Positions 60,750 through 64,000 of a stretch of DNA of 64,000 bases are shown here, in pieces. Position 1 is the stretch's first letter; every line of letters starts with the position of its first letter. A model generated the notes under the pieces. That model made no database searches. It saw only the letters and a list, made by a program, of their open reading frames with translations, and was not told the DNA's origin. The stretch lies in NCBI GenBank assembly GCA_002104905.1, contig MCFE01000350.1:24883-88882 (forward strand). Reading direction: 5' to 3'. A program made the translations under genes and the position numbers. The stretch is from Basidiobolus meristosporus CBS 931.73 (Eukaryota > Fungi > Basidiobolomycota).

Positions 60750-61540
60750 TTGACACACAATAGGAGATCTATACCAAGTACTGTGGGCCATCTACCCCAA
60801 TCTACTCAAGGAGATCCCTTATAAGGCTTCTCTGCTATTACAGGAATTAATGCCCTACAAGGTTTCATCCCACCATTCATGGCAACAAAAGTCCTAGATG
60901 CTTTCATTCCCAGCTGACAGCAATGGTGAACCACCTTGCAGAAGGTATGAATGAATTAGAGTAAGCTTGGAATACTAGGTTCAGAAGCTCCAATGGACCA
61001 CCATATCCCAGAGTATTCAGTAACAGGCTGAATATAAGGAGTATTTTGGATACCTTCCCAGTGAGGATTAACTGACCTTCTAGAGGGCAGAGGCACTTTT
61101 ATTCTGGCAAGTGCAAGGCACACTGTGTGAAGTTTCAAGCGCTGTCTGACATTGAGGGTAATATCATTTTGGTTTAGTGGGCATTTGCTGGAAGTAGACA
61201 AGACAAAGCGTTCTGGGTAGAGAATCATCCAGAATTCAGTAGAGGGGAGAAATATATGGCAGACTTGGCTTATATAGGAGAGCATTCTCAGAGATTAAGA
61301 CATATTACAGCTTATAGAATTCCAAGGGATGGTGTGCTTAGCAAAAAGCAGCAGCTCTACAATGATATATTTAATCATCTCAGAGTGAGGGTAGAGCATA
61401 CATTTGGATATCTGAAGAGATTCAGCATATTGACTGGTAAATACACAGGAAAGTCATATATAGGAGAAAACAGCAGAATAGGTAAAATAGTTAAGATACT
61501 ATCAATGCACAGTATATTCTCACAAGAAGACATTCACTGA
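60750..61540 (+). pseudogene. PIF/Harbinger-superfamily (DDE_Tnp_4, ISL2/ISL2EU-like) transposase remnant
   Basis: One frame with a few stops reads ILDTFPVRIN*PSRGQRHFYSGKCKAH.VKFQ...AGSRQD...ADLAYIG...YNDIFNHLRVRVEHTFGYLKRFSIL, which has the D, D, E catalytic spacing of IS5-like transposases. Confidence 0.82.
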
Positions 61541-61663
61541 GAGAAATGTGTCTGGAGCACTATGAAGAGTTAGTAAGGGAACAAAAGCACTTTTCTGAGC
61601 AACATAAGTAAGACTGAGTAAAATTACCAGTGAGTATATCCCACCTCTGGCATAAGGGTAAAA

Positions 61664-61736
61664 TATAGTGCCAGATAGTGCCCTAGAGTGGCTGATTTAT
61701 CTGGCACTATAAACAAGCTAGCACTATGTGGCACTC
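61664..61736. repeat. Inverted repeat and TAGTGCC motif cluster, probable DNA-transposon subterminal repeats
   Basis: A perfect 14-bp inverted repeat TATAGTGCCAGATA/TATCTGGCACTATA (61664-61677 / 61698-61711), plus further TAGTGC/GCACTA copies. Confidence 0.55.
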
Positions 61737-61779
61737 CCCAACAGAACAGGTCTAAAGCCCACAGAAATGCCTATCACCA

Positions 61780-62682
61780 CATAGAAGGGGGAAAATGCAG
61801 TGTTCATACCAAAGCCAAAAAAACAAAAGACATTGAAGATCTGTGAAGCTGCTCTGTGCAATAATAAAGAGTGGGTTGATATGCAAGTGGCTGTTAGAAG
61901 TCTAGCATGTCAACACCTTAAGGCAGAATGCACTTTACTTGCTCCATGAGTATTGTCCTAGATTCCAACAAGCAAACTTTTGAGTCAGCATTGGCATGCT
62001 AAGAAAGTATGTCAAGAATTTCACACTCTATCACAGATAGAAGAACAAGGGTGGAATGCCTAAAAACCAGCAGCTTTCTTAAAAGCCTGTTACAAGCCAA
62101 GCAAAAAGGTCCAAACAAGTGTCAAAGAGGCATCAGATAGCTGGAAGGGTGCCAATAAGGGAAAAGCTGGCAGCTACAAATGCACCAGCACAACATTTAC
62201 CAAGGAAAAAGGGTGCTTCTACTCAAGAAGCACTCAGTCATAGTAGCATTGAAGGATCTGGCAGTGATTAAATTAAGTTGAAAACTCAGGAGCCTGTCTC
62301 AGTATGGGCTGAATGCTCAAAACAAGTGTGAAAGAAATGACAGGTTGCCTGCAGAGTGCCAGCAAGGGACCAGCAGGCATAACAAATGCATCAGAGCATC
62401 ATTCATACAGGAGAAAATGTAGTTCAGTACAAGAAGCACTCCGACAAAGTAGCAATGAACAACCTGGCAATGATAGAGGACAAGGTAAAGGGGAGAAAGT
62501 CCACCCAAGCCACAGACAGGTAAGGGTAAGAGAAAAGCTACAGGTCTTGCCAATTGATTCTGTATGCTCAGAACAGACTGAGTCCCATCATAGCCATAAA
62601 GAATTACCAATAGTAAAACTGCTTTTTTGCATGAGTTGGAAGTGTAGTCAGTTGAGCTACACTCCAGTGAGGTAGATGAGTT
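61780..62682 (+). pseudogene. Degenerate orphan ORF, copy 2, interrupted by copia C
   Basis: Colinear with 48745-49475. It breaks after GAGTT, exactly where the copia C LTR begins. Confidence 0.55.
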
Positions 62683-64000
62683 TGTTGCAATTTAAGAAGT
62701 GATTTGGATATAAGGAACTTATCAAGAAATAGTGATAATAGTTGAACTGTTGTTTATTCATAAAGAAGCTCAGTATTTATACCTTTGTAGAAGTAATACA
62801 GCTGTAACACTAAGTAGGGAGGGTTTCTCAATATTTAGGAGCATTCTGTAACAGTTTCAGGGTTAGTACATAATGTTTGGTAATAGTGCTAATTTGATCC
62901 TGACTATAGGGGAATAATCATAAGATCATATATCTGGAGAAAGTGGCAAAGTTAAGGCAGTAAATGAGTCCTACAGTGACTAAGACTATCCTAGAATTGT
63001 TAAGTAAATTTTTAGCTGCTGAATGATACCAAATAGTCCAATATTTCAACACTCCCCCTCAACTAAATAATTTCTTAATCCCAATTTCTCTCTAAGGATC
63101 TCAAACCGTGGCCTAGCTAGTGGTTTTGTCAATATGTCTGCCACCATTTTGTCAGTTGGGCAGTAAACCAGCTCCACTAAGTTATTTTCTACAGCTTCCC
63201 TCACAAAGTGATGCTGTATATCAATGTGCTTAGTTCTGGCATGATTAGTAGGATTTCTAGCTAATGAAATACAACTTTGATTATCCTTGTAAATACATGT
63301 TGGTTCACCTGAATTAAAACCTAAGTCTTTGAATAATTTTTGTAGCCATATAGCCTCCTTAGTTGCTTGACATGCAGCCATATATTTGGCTTCAGTTGTA
63401 GATAGTGCCACAGTTGGTTGTTTCTTGCAATTCCAAGTAATAGCTGCACCAGCATAAAGAAATACATAGCCTGTGGTAGAGCGTCTGTCAATCAAATCCC
63501 TACCCCAATCTGAATCACTATAACCATCAAATTTTCGCCTATTTGCTGCTCCAGAGTATTCCAGTACCATATTTATGGTACCTTGTAGATATCTGAAAAT
63601 CCGCTTAACTGCTGCAATTTGATCTGATCCATAATTCTGCATGAATTGACTGACTATTCCAACTGCTACTGCAATATCTGGACGTGTAGACACCATCAAG
63701 TACATTAGGCTACCAACCATTGATTGATAGGGAAAGTTTTGGTCCATATTTGAGCCGTTTTCATCCATAACTGGCTGAGATTTGCTTAATTTCAGGTTAT
63801 TGTCCATAGGGGTTGCTGCAGGTTTGCAATTTTCCATTTTGAAGCGTCTAAGAATGTCCCTGATGTACTTAGACTGATTCAGCACAATTTTCTGCGTAGG
63901 TATGTCAAATTTGACCTCAATTCCAAGAAATAGCTCAATTTTCCAAGATCTTTCATCTCAAACTTGCTGAAGAGATCTGATTTCGTCTGTTAAGTGCCTC
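62683..64000 (-). mobile_element. Ty1/copia family C, 3' end (RT/RNase H, PPT and LTR), continuing beyond the window
   Basis: Open ORF 63046-63885 (GYSDSDWG.D..DRRSTTGY...STTEAKY...RTKHIDIQHHFVRE...ADILTKPL), PPT GAGGGGGAG, and an LTR at 62683-63051. Confidence 0.93.

Noticed and set aside
23900-64000. Repeat-induced point mutation (RIP) as the cause of TE decay
   Set aside because: CpA remains abundant and the old/young LTR comparison shows CpG>TpG changes. An intact repeated element also survives.

Overview
Eukaryotic (fungal) genomic DNA, probably from an early-diverging lineage. Basidiobolus-like is my inference from the 50-70 bp GT-AG introns and gene content, and is unverified. The window has two compartments. 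(1) 1-23.4 kb is gene-dense and CpG-rich, with 12 protein genes: BUB3, a YCII protein, ORC4, an LRRC58-like LRR protein, an AGPAT/SLC1-type acyltransferase, a bacterial-type persulfide dioxygenase, a homeobox TF, a Uds1-domain protein, an OFA-family MFS transporter, EBP2, RPL37 (absent from the ORF track) and a divergent CK2-beta. (2) About 23.9-64 kb is a CpG-depleted block of nested LTR retrotransposons and DNA-transposon remnants. It includes one intact, very recent chromovirus with identical LTRs, a TSD, a self-priming PBS and a -1 frameshift signal. Most interesting observations: three exact SreA/Sre1-type iron-repressor GATA sites upstream of the LRRC58-like cullin-adaptor gene (a possible iron-sparing degradation circuit); a ~220-nt structured leader shared by two distant Ty3/gypsy lineages; CpG loss that spares CCG/CGG; a five-level transposon nest resolved by TSDs; and a poly(A)-only TPRT scar. 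All alignments and counts were done by eye, and no database was searched.
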